From positions 76,317,939 through 76,381,938 of the forward strand of contig NC_057719.1 of NCBI RefSeq assembly GCF_004010195.1: 64,000 bases of DNA, given 5' to 3'. A model generated the notes under the pieces. The model was not told the origin of the DNA and ran no database searches. It saw only the letters and a list, made by a program, of their open reading frames with translations. This DNA is from Chiloscyllium plagiosum. Taxonomy: Eukaryota. The position numbers and the translations under genes were made by a program. Below are positions 51,752 to 64,000 of this stretch, one piece after another (position 1 is the stretch's first letter; the number at the start of each line of letters is the position of its first letter).

Positions 51752-52373
51752 TGGTGGCACAGTGGTTAGCATTCCAGCCTCACAATGCCAGGAACCCGGG
51801 TTCAATTCCAGCCTCAGGTATCTGTTTGTGTGAAGTTTGAACATTCTCCCCGAGTCTGTGTGGGTTTCCTTTGGGTTCTCCAGCTTCCTCCATAGTCCAA
51901 AGCTGTGCAGGTTAGATGAACTGGCCATACCAAATTGCCCCATAATATTCAGGGATGTGTATGTTTGGGGCATTAGTTAGGGGTAAATGTAGACTAATGG
52001 GGTAGGGGAACGGATCTTGGTGGATTACTCCTCGGAGGGTTGGTGTGGATTTGTTTGGGCGGCATGGTGGCTCAGTGGCTAGCACTGCTGCCTCCCAGCG
52101 CCAGGGACCCGGGTTCAATTCCAGGATGGGGGCAACTGTTGGTGTGGAGTTTATACATTCTTCACAAGTCTGTGTGGGTTTCCTCTGGGTGCTCCGGTTT
52201 CCTCCCACAGTCTAAAGATGTGCAGGTCAGGTGAATAGGCCATGCTAAATTGCCCATAGTGTTAGGTACGTTAGTCAGAGGGAAATGGGTCTGGGTGGGT
52301 TACTCTTCAGAGGGTTGGTGTGGACTTGTTGGGCCAAATGGCCTGTTTTCACACTGTAGGGAATGAATCTAAT
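51752..52373 (+). mobile_element. Two head-to-tail HE1-type SINEs
   Basis: First copy 51752-52056 lacks its tail; second starts GGGCGGCATGGTGG at ~52057. Confidence 0.85.
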
Positions 52374-54098
52374 CAAAAATGCCATTGACAGTGTGACACT
52401 TGTGCATTGGAAGATGAAGGTATTGAGTTACAGCAAAGGCTGTTAATGGCTGGTGGGAAACACTGAGGTTGTGGGGTGTGTTTCACCACTGCTAATGCAT
52501 TTTCTCCTTGAAAGTCAAATTTAACTTGCTTTTGATAAATGTAAATAAAATATTTACCTAATGGTAGTGGAAGACTGGAAAAGAAGGGATAAAAACAAAT
52601 GAGTTGAGGAAAGGAAGCAAGGTGAAAGAAATTGTATTTACATAGCACCATTTACTTTTTATGTCCAAGTTATTTACAACTGATGAAATACCTTACAGAG
52701 TGAAGTCACAGCTGTTGTACAGGTAAGGTCGGCAATCACTTTGTACATAGTCCTGCAATCCTCATCACCCTTACTACCATATCTCTTGGTTTTCATTCAG
52801 TCAAGCTCTGTAGGTGTTACTGTCATTCCTATAAATGTAAATCCAAAGCAAATTCTTACATAACGTTTTCAAAAATAATTCAGAGCCACCCTATGCAAAG
52901 CTTTAAGTGTCTATCTTCTATGATCATTGACTTGCCCTTGTGCCCTAACAAAGACTTTACCCACTGCTCAAAACTTTGGACGTGAAGGTTGCTAAGGCCA
53001 CTTGGCATGGTTGTGCTGGGGGATTTGTGAGGACGGGCATGCTGGGTTGCAAACTGCAGCATCTTGATAGAGACTGGCTCAGCTAGCTCTGGGACACCAA
53101 ATGGGAGCTAATAGAATGGATGGTTCGGAAGACAAATGCGTCTTTTTCTATGGAATTTAGAGATTAACAATCCTACAATCCTGAGAACTGTGTGCAGGAA
53201 TGAACCAACTCTCTGAAACCTATATAAACACTAACCCCCTCAGCCATAGTAACAGCCATCTGAGAACTAGCGCAGGTGATACTTTATCTTAAGGTAAAGT
53301 ACTGTTATTGTAATTAAACTTGGACCACATTAAAACACCAAGGCATTTATTTCCTCTGCAAATGTGATTAACAACTGGAACCACAGAAATTGAGTCTCTG
53401 CATTTCAAGTATTGCAAAATGAAAGCTTTCATTTTTACCAAACCCAATCAAAAGTTTTCTTATTGAATTCAACCCTTTGGAGAGTAACCTAGAGCCTTCT
53501 CATTTTTGCTTTCCCCTCGATGTTCTCAATCATGTGTAGACGCATGTGGGCATGCAAAGTTACACCCCAGTCCAACACCAACACCTCCAAGTCATGTGGA
53601 TATGCCTATACTACACTATTCTGACACTATCAGAACCCATGGTATCTCCTGTTGACTGCTAAATAACATTCTGTAATAAAATGCTTGGCTCCACTAGCAG
53701 GTCTGAAGCTCAATGAAAGTGAGGAGTTTCACAATGTAAAAATATTCTGAGTTGGTTTGAAGATATTCTCATTACAAGCCAACTATTAATGATCCATTTG
53801 ACTCGGCAGCAATTTCATCTGGTATTAGTATCTCATATAATTTGTTTCTACCATATAATCAAACACAGGCAGTAGTTCCGGGGTTAGGATGGTCAGTGAA
53901 TGGGAGATCATACACACCTCTAATTATATAATTTCCCATGAACTGATTTGGCTTTATCAGCAAGCAAATGGTTTTCTTCCCTTGTTGTATGTCAGGCAAT
54001 ATCCATTTGTGACACTGTTAAATTTATTTGGAAATATTTGTGTTCTTGATCAGTATGTGCAATCCTAAATCAGTGAAACCAGCCTTGGGGTCCCTTCT

Positions 54099-54108
54099 CT
54101 CTGTCTGC

Positions 54109-54146
<38 letters not shown>

Positions 54147-54165
54147 ATCTCTGTTTCTCACTATC
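54099..54165. repeat. (CT)n microsatellite
   Basis: Visible CT dinucleotide run. Confidence 0.9.
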
Positions 54166-54259
54166 TCTGCCTGTGCTTCTTAGTGCCTGTTTAGTTTGTT
54201 GCCCCTGAAGTGAGTGGGGATGGTGGTAGGAGGTGCCGTTTGGTCCCAGTTATTTTTGT

Positions 54260-54680
54260 GTGGGAAGGGGTCACCCATTAAAGACAGCGATGAGGAGGAA
54301 TTTCTTCCTTCTGAGGGGGGATTTGTGGAATTCTTTACCACAAAGGGCTATAGATGCTGGGTCTTTAAGTATATCCAAAGTTGACAGACAGACAGATTTT
54401 AGGTTTAAGGTGAGAGGGAAACAACTTAAAAGGGACCTGAGGGGCAACTTTTTCACACAGAAGGTGGTGCATGTATGGAATGAACTGCCAGAGGAAGTGG
54501 TGGAGGTTGGTACAGTTACAACATTTAAAAGGCATCTGGATGGATACATGAAGAGCAAGGGCTTAGGGGGATATGGGTCAACTGCTGGCAAATGGGACTA
54601 GATTAATTTAAGATGCCTGATCGGCATGGACAAATTGGATCAAAGGGTCTGTTTCCTGCTGTACAACTCGATGACTACAA
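54260..54680 (+). mobile_element. CR1 LINE 3' fragments
   Basis: ORF 54233-54601 with WNSLPQRA and WNELPEEVV motifs. Confidence 0.85.
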
Positions 54681-54908
54681 ACAGTAAATTAAACTCTCAT
54701 GCTCAGAGGTGATGGGGGAGGGGTGAGGTAAAGCATGGAAACTGCAATTCCTCTCTGAATGCATAATTCAACCTTCAGACTCTATCCTGCTGCTTACGAT
54801 TCCTATTGTTTTAACAAGCACCAATTATGGGTTTCAAAACCATGTGGAGACAGGTTCAATGACCTGTGCTGTAATTACATTTTTCACGTAACACTCCATT
54901 CAACTTCA

Positions 54909-55222
54909 TGGCACAGTGGCTCAGTGGTTAGCACTGCTGCGTCACAGCACCAGGTTCCCAGGCTTGATTTCAGCCTCGGGTGACTGTCTGTGTGGAGTTT
55001 GCACATTCTCCCCGTGTCTGCGTGGGTTTCCTTCCGGGTGCTCTGGTTTCCTCCCACAATCCAAAGATGCGCAGGTCAGGTGAATTGGCCATGCTCAATT
55101 GCCCATAGTGTTAGGTACATTAGTCAGAGGGAAATGGGTCTGGATGGGTTACTTTTCAGAGGGTCGGTGTGGACTGGTTGGGCTGAAGTCTTGTTTCTGC
55201 ACTGTAGGGAATGGAATCTAAT
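54909..55222 (+). mobile_element. HE1-type SINE
   Basis: Core and tail match. Confidence 0.85.
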
Positions 55223-56111
55223 CTTCCCTGAACAGTCCAGTTAACTACTGGAGTAGCTACTGTCAATTCTAAAATGTGGCATTCAGATACATTTTATTTC
55301 ATGGTTTCAATGGTGTCTGTTGAACACAACAATCACATTACCACGACTTATCACATGTACCCCGACCCCGATGGCATCCGTCCACCTCGGGAGGTGATAA
55401 TTCAGCCCCAGGTGGAGGTTACACGGAGATTGAACATTATCTGTTCTGATTTTAAGGCATCAAAGGGTATGGTGAGAGAGCAGAAATGTGGCATTTACTT
55501 AGAGATTCAATAATGATCACATCGAATGGTGGAGTAGGCCTTGAAGGGCCAAATAGCCTCTTCCTACTCCTAGTTTTTATGCTTCTATGGCTGCAGAGGC
55601 CAATTCATGTGTGATAGTCTCTTCTGTAGCTGGGGCACATGTGAATAGTCAACAGATGATTTGCTTCTGATGGGCTCTCTTTTCAAGCATCTGATCACTT
55701 GTTTGTCCTCTGCTTTTTCCATGCCTTTCTGGACAATTTGTCTCCTGACATTTTGGTCTGCAGCAAGGATTTCCATTGCATTTATTCCAATCAATTGCAA
55801 GCCCCTTTACAGAAGTCCTTGTATTGTAGACAAAAGCTACATGTTGGTCTTGTGCCAATAGCAGTAGAGGGATTGAGGCCATCATCCATTCAGCTCACAC
55901 AACCCAGTCAACATAGTTGCCACTATTGCGAACGTCACTCAGCTAGAATGACGTGTATCTTAAACAGACCACAATATTATATCATGTAACCTACTGCTAT
56001 AGTAGTGTACCTGGTTCCCATGCTCTGAGAGACACTATGGGAAGCATGATACAATTTACATCCGAATTGCTTAACGTTAGCCCAGGCATGGAAGTGCCTC
56101 CAGTTGTCACG

Positions 56112-56790
56112 AGAGAAAGTGAGGACTGCAGATGCTGGAGTTCAGAGTTGCAAAGTGTGGTGCTGGAAAAGCCCAGCCGGTCAGGGGGCATCTGAGGAGC
56201 AGGAGAATCGACGCTTCAGGCATAAGCCCTTCATGAGGAATGTTCAGTTGTAACACCAGGAGCTCTAACAAAACAGTGCTGGATCCTTCAGTGCCATGTT
56301 ATCTATGTCTCACTTGTTTGCTATGGCAACGAGCATTAGTATCACTCCATCTGAAGGGAATACCCTGCTGAAAGTTTTTAAAAAACCCTACCACAGATTG
56401 TGAAGGCAGAATAGACCAGAGTTAACATCAGTGACTGTGAAAATGATTCAGAGGTCTTATACCATTGACTTAAGAGGCAAAGACTCCATATTCAACACTC
56501 TTTTGGGATATTTGTCTGAGATAATGGATGTAGTAATTATAATGATGTCAACCAGTTGTACCTCATAAAAATATGAGTTCCCTGGTTGGAGCTGTTAATC
56601 TGGTCCAATCAGGGAGCTCTGGATGACATAAAAAGATTGAATGGCAGTGAGACTGATACTCTGAATGATGAAGGGCTTTTGCCCGAAACGTCGATTTTGC
56701 CTGTCCTCGGATGCTGCCTGAATTGCTGTGCTCTTCCAGCACCACTGATCCAGAATCTAGTTTCCAGCATCTGCAGTCATTGTTTTTACC
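56112..56790. repeat. Two Penelope-type half-repeats (56112-56243 and 56664-56790) in opposite orientation
   Basis: Match to the arms of the 12100 and 24108 hairpins; TGATGA-A-GGGC-TTTT-GCCC-GAAA-CGTC at ~56666-56692. Confidence 0.65.
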
Positions 56791-57196
56791 CAGTAGTATA
56801 GTCAATGACTGTTCATGTGTAAATTAAGGGTGGCTTGGTAATTGGATACCAGCATCAGTGGAGTTATTTTAGTAGGGGCAGAAATTGTCAATGCTGTGTA
56901 ACTTGTCTTGAAAGTTTAAGTAGTGCATGATTTGCTGCTGCAAAGGAAGTTCCTGAGAACACAACCCTGGAACACACAGAGCTTTATCATTTCAGTGTGT
57001 TTGCTTTTGGTTCATGGGTGAATCCTCAACTCTGACATGACAGTGGTGACTTTGGCAATCCTGGGTGCTGATTTTGGCGTCAAGGGACCAGTAGCTGGTA
57101 TTTCTTTATCCAAGGTTGAGAAGCTGTCTACAATCTCCTGAATGGGTTGTTGATGCCTGTGGAAGCTGGAGTCTCTGTGTCCTAGCCCTTAATATA

Positions 57197-57275
57197 TTCT
57201 CTCTCTCTCTCTCTCTCTCTGCCTCTCTCTCTCTCTCTGTCTCTCTCAGGAAGGTCAGAGAGAGAGAGAGAGAGA
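57197..57275. repeat. (CT)n followed by (GA)n microsatellite
   Basis: Visible dinucleotide runs in inverted arrangement. Confidence 0.9.
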
Positions 57276-57679
57276 ATAAGCCTTCAAGCTCTGCTGTTAA
57301 CAATCTATAGTTCCCTCTGCTCTGTCCAAAGTCTTTGGATTCAAATTGTAGTTCATTTGTCTGTTCCCATGTCTGACTTCAATTTTATATCAAATGGATG
57401 ATCTTCAATCCAATGTGCGAAAATCCAAAAACTTATAAATAGAGTCATACAATCATAGAGATGTACAGCACAGAAACAGTCCAACTTCAGTCCAACTTGT
57501 CCATGCTGACCAGATATCCTGACCTAATCTAGTCCCATTTGCCAGCACTTGGCTCATATCCCGCTAAACCTTTCCTATTCATATACCCATCCAGATGCCT
57601 TTTAAATGTTGTAATTATACCAGTCTCCACCATTTCCTCTGGCAGCTCGTTCCATACACAAAAGGCAATAGAGATCTGA

Positions 57680-57910
57680 GACCAAAACCGAAATTGCTGG
57701 AAAAGCTCAGCAGGTCTGGCAGTATCTGTGGAGAGAAATCAGAGTTAGTGTTTTGGGTCCAGTGACCCTTCCTCAGAAACCACAGTCAGTCGATTCGAAA
57801 TGTTAACTGCGATTTCCCTCCACAGATGCTGCCAGACCTTCTGAGCTTTTCCAGCAATTTCTGTTTTTGTTTCTGATTTACAGCATCTGCACTTCTTTCA
57901 GCTTTTATTT
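57680..57910. repeat. Penelope-type palindromic repeat (further family) with a degenerate hammerhead motif
   Basis: Self-complementary arms; minus strand CTGAGGA-A-GGGTC-ACTG-GACCC-AAAA at ~57751-57776. Confidence 0.6.
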
Positions 57911-58423
57911 AGAGATCTGTCTGACTGGTTTGAGTCATTTTGATGACATTAATTTTAGTTCAGACTGAGGCAATTGTTGCGTTAACTAATTAACTGATCA
58001 CTACAGCCACTTAATTCAATGTCTTTTTTTAAACATCATTTTAGTTCATTTTAAGTCAATGGCATTAAAAATCAGATGATGGAAGTCAAAATTTTATAGT
58101 CCTGTCATAGCATTTATGATATTTGTTATTATTATATGAGACTCTCCTATCATGCTCATACCATTTGCAATTCTCTTTTGCTGTTTATGTTATAGAGTTA
58201 TTTGTGGCATACCTTTAATCTTCAGAGTAGCATAACCCTCTTATTCTACCTCGATCATATAGTTTCATGTCTGCACGTAGTGAATTTTTATTCTTCAGTT
58301 TCCATTTCTATTTTTCTATTACTTTGCTTTGTAATTTAATCAGATAAGGGAGTTACAAATTAACATTAACATTATCAATGTTAAAACTAATGACAGAGAT
58401 AGATTCTGTCAAACTTGAGTTGG

Positions 58424-58635
58424 ATATGATTTGGAGCTCCCGATGTTGCACTGGGGTGTACAAAGTTAAAAATCAGGCAACACCAGGTTATAGTCCAACA
58501 GGTTTAATTGGAAGCACAATAGCTTTTGAAGCGCCATTCCTTTATCAGGTGATGAAGGAGCGTCTCTCCGAAAGCTAGTGTGCTTCCAATTAAACCTGTT
58601 GGATTTTAACCTAGTGTTGTGTGATTTTTAACTTT
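58424..58635. repeat. Penelope family A palindromic terminal repeat
   Basis: Arms invert around ~58548; TGATGA-A-GGAG-CGTCT-CTCC-GAAA-GCTA-GTG; flanked by the duplicated AACTTGAGTTGGATA-like sequence. Confidence 0.7.
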
Positions 58636-58949
58636 GAGTTGGATAGATCACTAACTTCACCTAGGAATGCGTTTTCTCACTTAAAACATCAAAGGATGGA
58701 GGGGGGTGCGGGCGGGAATTGAGCGACCTGATAGAAGTATTCAAAATTAAGAGAAGCACAAAAGCAAAGGATAGTTGCATTTTTTTCTTTTTCCAAGGTA
58801 GAAATGTCAATTACTAAAGGATAGGAAACATTTGTTGTGGTCTGGGAGGACTACTCTAGCTATCACAAGGAAGATTCTGACCTTGCCTGGCCCTGATGTC
58901 CCTCACAACCAACATCCCTCCCAAATGACTGCTAGGAAGTGATTAGGAA

Positions 58950-59320
58950 TTCTTGAATTCCCCACCCTTGGGAAAAGACAACCGCCGTTCATCTTATCTC
59001 TCTCCCTCATGATTTTCTAAACCTCTACAAGGTCACCCTTTTATTTGCTATGCTCCAGTGGAAGTCCTAGCCTATCCAATCTCTCCCCATAACTCAAATC
59101 CTCCATTCCTGGTAACATCCTGGTGAATCTCTTCTGCATTCTCTACAGCTTAATAATGATCTTTGTATAACAGGATGACCAAATCTACACACAGTACTCC
59201 AGAGAAGTTCTCACCAGAGCCCTGTAAAACATCAATATGTCATTCCAACTCCTATATAAAGGTCTGAGCAATGAAGGCAGGTGTGCTAAATGCCGTCTTA
59301 ACCACCCTTTCTACCTGTGA
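58950..59320 (-). mobile_element. Degenerate CR1 fragment
   Basis: Similarity to 13740-14100. Confidence 0.7.
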
Positions 59321-61233
59321 TTTTTAAAATTCTATTATTTGAACAAGGAATACTGGCTGCAAACAAATCTAATCAGCAGATTTGTGACTGAGGTCACTGG
59401 GAGCCCTTGCTCAAAACAACAGTTGTATGTAATTAAAGCTTTGAATCAGCTAAACTTACCCTATTTAACAGAAATTGTGGTATCGAGTGGACTGCTTACG
59501 TGCAATTAACCTTCTCTATTCAGACGTATCCAATCGAAACTCCAACTGTTGTGGTAATCTTTCATTCCAAAATAATAGGACAGTCTATAATTTTCCTCAT
59601 CTGAATTGGGAATATTTATAAAGTAAAGCACAGGGCTTGGTTCACAATAAAATAAGGCAACATAGAGTGAGCTATATCTAAAAATGTAAAATGAATGCTA
59701 TTCACAAACTCAACAGTTAATAACAGCATAGCAACTGAGAGCTATCTACTGGAAAAGAAGTTCCACACTCATAATGGTAGTAATTGTAACTGCTGGAGAA
59801 ATTAAACACTAAAGAGCTGGATGTTGCTGGTGAAGTTGTTTGACATGTAAATTACTTCTTGTATAATATTGGAAAGACAGGGAGGGTGCAGGAAGGCACA
59901 GGGGTCCACAACGCAGCAAGACTGGGACATAATGGCCCAACCGATCACAACAATAGGGCCTTGCTTAAAAAGAAATGTTGCAAATTCTCACTTGATAGTC
60001 AGCCAGATTAACAATCTTCTGGCTGGAATGAAGTACTCGTGAGGTCACTTCATAGCAATCATTTGGGAGGGTTGTTGAGTGTGAGGGAGAGGCTGAATAA
60101 TCTGTCAGGACCAGGCAAGGTCAGAGCTTTCTTGTGATTCTTGAATAGTAGGGTGGTGCTCCCAGACTACAACAAATGCTATAAGCAGCAGCTATTTAGC
60201 ATTCACTGCACACAGCCAGAGTTGAGTTAGATGATAATTTATTCATCAGCCTGGAGTGTAACAAGATGTCCTCAAACCTTCAGAAGCATTATAAAAAATA
60301 TTTAATACCGAGCTTTTTTGCTAGGGCTGGTGACCAACAGCTTATGCGAAGAGGTAGCTCTCAAAAGGAGGAAAGTGAGGCAGAGAGGTTTAGGGGGAGA
60401 ATTCCAGAACTCAGGCAGCTGAACGCGCAACCACCGATGACGGTGCAATTAGGATCGGGAATCATCAAGTTGCCAGCGTTAGGGGCAGTCACAGATATCG
60501 TGGAGATTTGTTGGGGGCTAGTGCAGAGATAAAGAGGATTGAAGCCACAGTGATTTCCTAACCCAAGCTCAGCAGGACACCCTCATCTCCCTCAAGTCCC
60601 AGGCCCATTATTGGGACCTGATGTACCCCCCCCCCCCCCAGGCCATGGGCCTCCTCTCTCACTGTTAAATATAAGCTGTGGAACTGATGATGTCATCAGC
60701 CTGTGACTGGTGAATTTTAATTATACCCTACCCACCTTTTGTGGGAGTCTCACAATTGCCTAAGTACAGTACATTCACCAGTTCCCTTTTCTTTACAGCA
60801 TATATTACTTCCTCAAAGATTTCCAATGCGATGACTAAAAATTATTGTTCTTTCACAAAGCCATGCTGACTCTGTCTGATTACCTTTAACTTTTCTAAGT
60901 GACCTGCTAAACTGTTTTTAACAATAGTTTCTAACATCGTCCCAACAACAGGTAGTTTTCTGCTTTAAATCTTTCTCAGTTTTTTAATACAAGAATTACA
61001 TTCACTCCTTCCCAATGGGATAGAACCTTTCCTGATTCGAGGGAATTTTGAAAATTAAAACCAATGCATCAGTTATATCACCAGCTATCTCATTTAAGAC
61101 CCCAAGAAATAGTCTATCAGGACCCAGAAACCTAGCAGCCTGAAGCTCCAACAATTTACTCATGACCATTTTCCAGGTGACTGTGATGTAACTATATTTG
61201 TGTGTGTGTGTTTGTTTTCTTCTGTTTTGAAGC

Positions 61234-61390
61234 ATGAATCCCAAGGAGAAAATCCCAAAGGTGGTCATTATTGGAGCCGGGATAGCTGGTGTGGCAGCTG
61301 CTGAAAAATTGTACCACCAGGGATTCGCTGATGTACAGATTATTGAGGCATCAAGTCAGCCTGGAGGACGGATCAGGAGCTATCCATTTG
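61234..61390 (+). CDS. PAOX-like: PAOX-like gene 2 (tandem paralogue), coding exon 1 (not in the ORF track)
   Basis: Acceptor AG at 61231-61232, then MNPKEKIPKVVIIGAGIAGVAAAEKLYHQGFADVQIIEASSQPGGRIRSYPFG; donor G|GTATGA, phase 1, same position as gene 1. Confidence 0.92.
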
Positions 61391-62708
61391 GTATGAAGCA
61401 GTAAATGTGTGTGAATATGGAAATCACATAACATTGGACCAGAGCTTTTTAAAGTCTCTGCCCAGGTAGATTAAATGATAAAATGCATTAACAATGACAA
61501 ATAATTAATACATTCACCCATCGCTTAATGTTATTGAGTGAATGTAGATTTTTCATAGCTTTGTAAAAGGCAATATGGATATCAGATGAACAACCAAGGA
61601 TGTATAACATTTTAAGTGCAAAACAGTGAACTAACAATAACTTCATGAGCTTTCTTACATTGAAATACTTTCTAATGAACCTGTTCAGGCATGTTGTGAC
61701 ACACCTCTGGGGCAGATAGGTCTGAAGCTGGGCCTACCTAGCCCAGAGGTAGGGACAGTACCATTGCACTTATGCAAGTCCTATTTGCTTATGTGAATAC
61801 ACTCACATGCAATAAATTACATCTGGTAACATTTGAAAATGTTCAGCTTCATTCAGCAGACACTCTCTCGGAAACAGCAGATGTTGGTTCATAAACCAAA
61901 ACTAAAAAAAAAGATTAAATACCTTGTACTCCTGGAAGTTCATTCATCTCCACTTCAACTCAAAAATGTAAACCCAATGTTTTCAAATCCTTTGTGTGTG
62001 TGTGTTCGTAAACTGAAAGCAGTTTTCTGCTGTGTGCTGCTTCCCTCCTACAATGGTACCATTTGTCAAACTCGAAACTTAACAAAGAGTTTTACTTAAG
62101 AATTAAGAGTACATATTGAATAATGCTCATTTGAGGAATCTGAAGCATACAGTTGTGGGATCCATTTGATGGCCCATCAGTGTGGCAATATAAGTTAGTT
62201 CAGTTGGCTAGATGGCTGTTTGCAATGCAATATGACAGTGTGAGTTCAATTCTTGCCCTGGTTGAGATTACTATGAAGGACCCTCTCCTTCACTTAGGTG
62301 TAGTGATCCTCACTTTAAACCACTATCAGTTGTCTGTCTCCAGTGAGAGAGCAGCCCTATGGTCTTGTTAAAATTATGGAAATTTAAACTTTATGAGTTA
62401 GCAGCGTGTACAAAAACTTCATTTAGCCAAGGTTCAGGATGTGATATTTAAATTATATTTTTAAATCCTAAAACAAAGCATTGAAATTCAAAACCACATG
62501 GTTGACGCAGTTAAAAACTTTGTGGGTCTGGGACTGTGTTCTTTTGCAGAATGTAGACTTATGATCTTTCCAATACACACACTTTTAATTTACAAAATAA
62601 ACCACGGGAAATCATTGATGTCAGGTTTATCCTTAAATATATTTATTAAGGAAGCATTTGGCATAATTGTTACATCTGAATTAAAGTATTTTCACTCAAT
62701 ACATTCAG

Positions 62709-63171
62709 GTAAATCAGTGGTCGATGAAGGAGCCCAGTACATTCATGGGGCAAGCATGAAGAACCCCATTTTTCAACTGGCCAAACAAAATGACCTTCTG
62801 CAGCAAGTGTACAATAAATCAGGCACAGAGTGGTCAGTGCTCACCAACACTCAGAAACTGCTCGACTCTGACTTCACTGAGGAAATGAGAAATCTAGCAA
62901 GCAGCATTCTGAGGCGTGCTCATTGTCTTGCTGAAGAGAAAAGGTACACTCAAGCTAAAAGCCTTGCTGAAGTCTACTCAGAGGAAGTAAAGACCTTACT
63001 CAAACAATGGACTGATGACCATGTCGAGCTGAGAATACAGAAATTGGCTTTGTTGAGCATGTCAATGAAATGGCAATGTATCCATCTTGCAACAAATAGC
63101 CTAGGAGATGTATCTGTTCATGAATACAGAGAGTATAAAAACATTGAAGGTGATGACCGAAATTCTCCAGG
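62709..63171 (+). CDS. PAOX-like: PAOX-like gene 2, coding exon 2 (gene presumably continues past the window)
   Basis: 463 nt, same length and phases as gene 1 exon 2; GKSVVDEGAQYIHGASMKNPIFQLAK; donor GG|GTTAGT. Confidence 0.92.
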
Positions 63172-63396
63172 GTTAGTAAAGCACATTTAACAATCTTTGC
63201 TGTATGTAATGTTAACTGATATTGATATTTTTAGCCATTTCAATGGTTATAATGGAACTGTTATAGGGCATTGAGTAGCATCTCTGTCTCTGAGCCAGAA
63301 GGTCTGGATTCAAGACCCACCCCAGGATTTGATGGCCAGGTAAGGTTCATAATAGTGCCAAAAGGACTGAGTATCAATTTCAAAATCCACCAACAC

Positions 63397-63800
63397 ATAG
63401 AGTCACAGAGATGTACAGCAAAGAAACAGACCCTTCGGTCCAATGCGTCCATGCTGATCAGATGTTCTCACATGACCTAGTCCCATTTGCCAGCACTTGG
63501 CCTATATCCCTCTAAACCCTTCCTATTCATATATCCAACCAGATTTTAAATGTTGTAATTGCACCAGCCTCCATCACTTCCTCTGGCAGCTTATTCCATA
63601 CATGCACCACCCTTTGCATGAAAAAGTTGCCCCTTGGGTCCCTTTTAAATCTTTCCCCTCTCACCATAAACCTATATACCCCTCAGCCTCCAACTGTCCA
63701 GGGATAACAGCCCCAGGCTGTTCAGCCTCTCCTTATAGCTCAAATTCTCCAACTCTGGCAACATCCTTATAAATCTTTTCTGAACACTTTCAAGTTTCAT
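63397..63800 (-). mobile_element. CR1 LINE 3' fragment
   Basis: KLESVQKRFIRMLPELENLSYKERLNSLGL; CR1 3' UTR. Confidence 0.85.
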
Positions 63801-64000
63801 GCCAAATGTGAGCAGCAATTCCTGGTCAGCCATATGGTGGAACTGAATTGGAGCCTTTGACATCACTATCCATTTGGCTCCAAGTTACACCATTCAAGTA
63901 AAAATGTGTGTTGCCATAGCAACGCAGAGTTCTTGAGGGGCCAGTTGGCGAGATAGCTGCTGTGCATCAGCTCGGTGCTGATAGCATTGAGTTCGATCCT

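Noticed and set aside
62498..62708. N-terminal 70 aa of the 230-aa ORF as a real protein start
   Set aside because: Intronic read-through; homology with gene 1 begins at the acceptor (62708)

Overview
Eukaryotic, repeat-rich vertebrate DNA, most likely a shark. The organism call rests on many HE1-type tRNA-derived SINEs with (TAATC)n tails, CR1 LINE 3' ends and Penelope-like elements. The window holds one complete 7-coding-exon flavin amine oxidase gene of the polyamine oxidase (PAOX/SMOX) family on the + strand (19299-47298). I reconstructed it by hand to a 1503-nt ORF (500 aa) with consistent splice phases, including a GC-AG last intron. The first two coding exons of a tandem paralogue follow (61234-63171), and the two copies diverge sharply in the second half of exon 2. 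The rest is nested mobile DNA. Two items stand out. One is an apparently retroposed composite of an intact tRNA-Gly(GCC), a CpG-rich spacer and an HE1 SINE bounded by a short target-site duplication. The other is at least four Penelope-related repeat families carrying minimal hammerhead-ribozyme motifs, mostly in inverted (hairpin) pairs. Repeat boundaries are approximate; family names come from motif recognition, not database searches.
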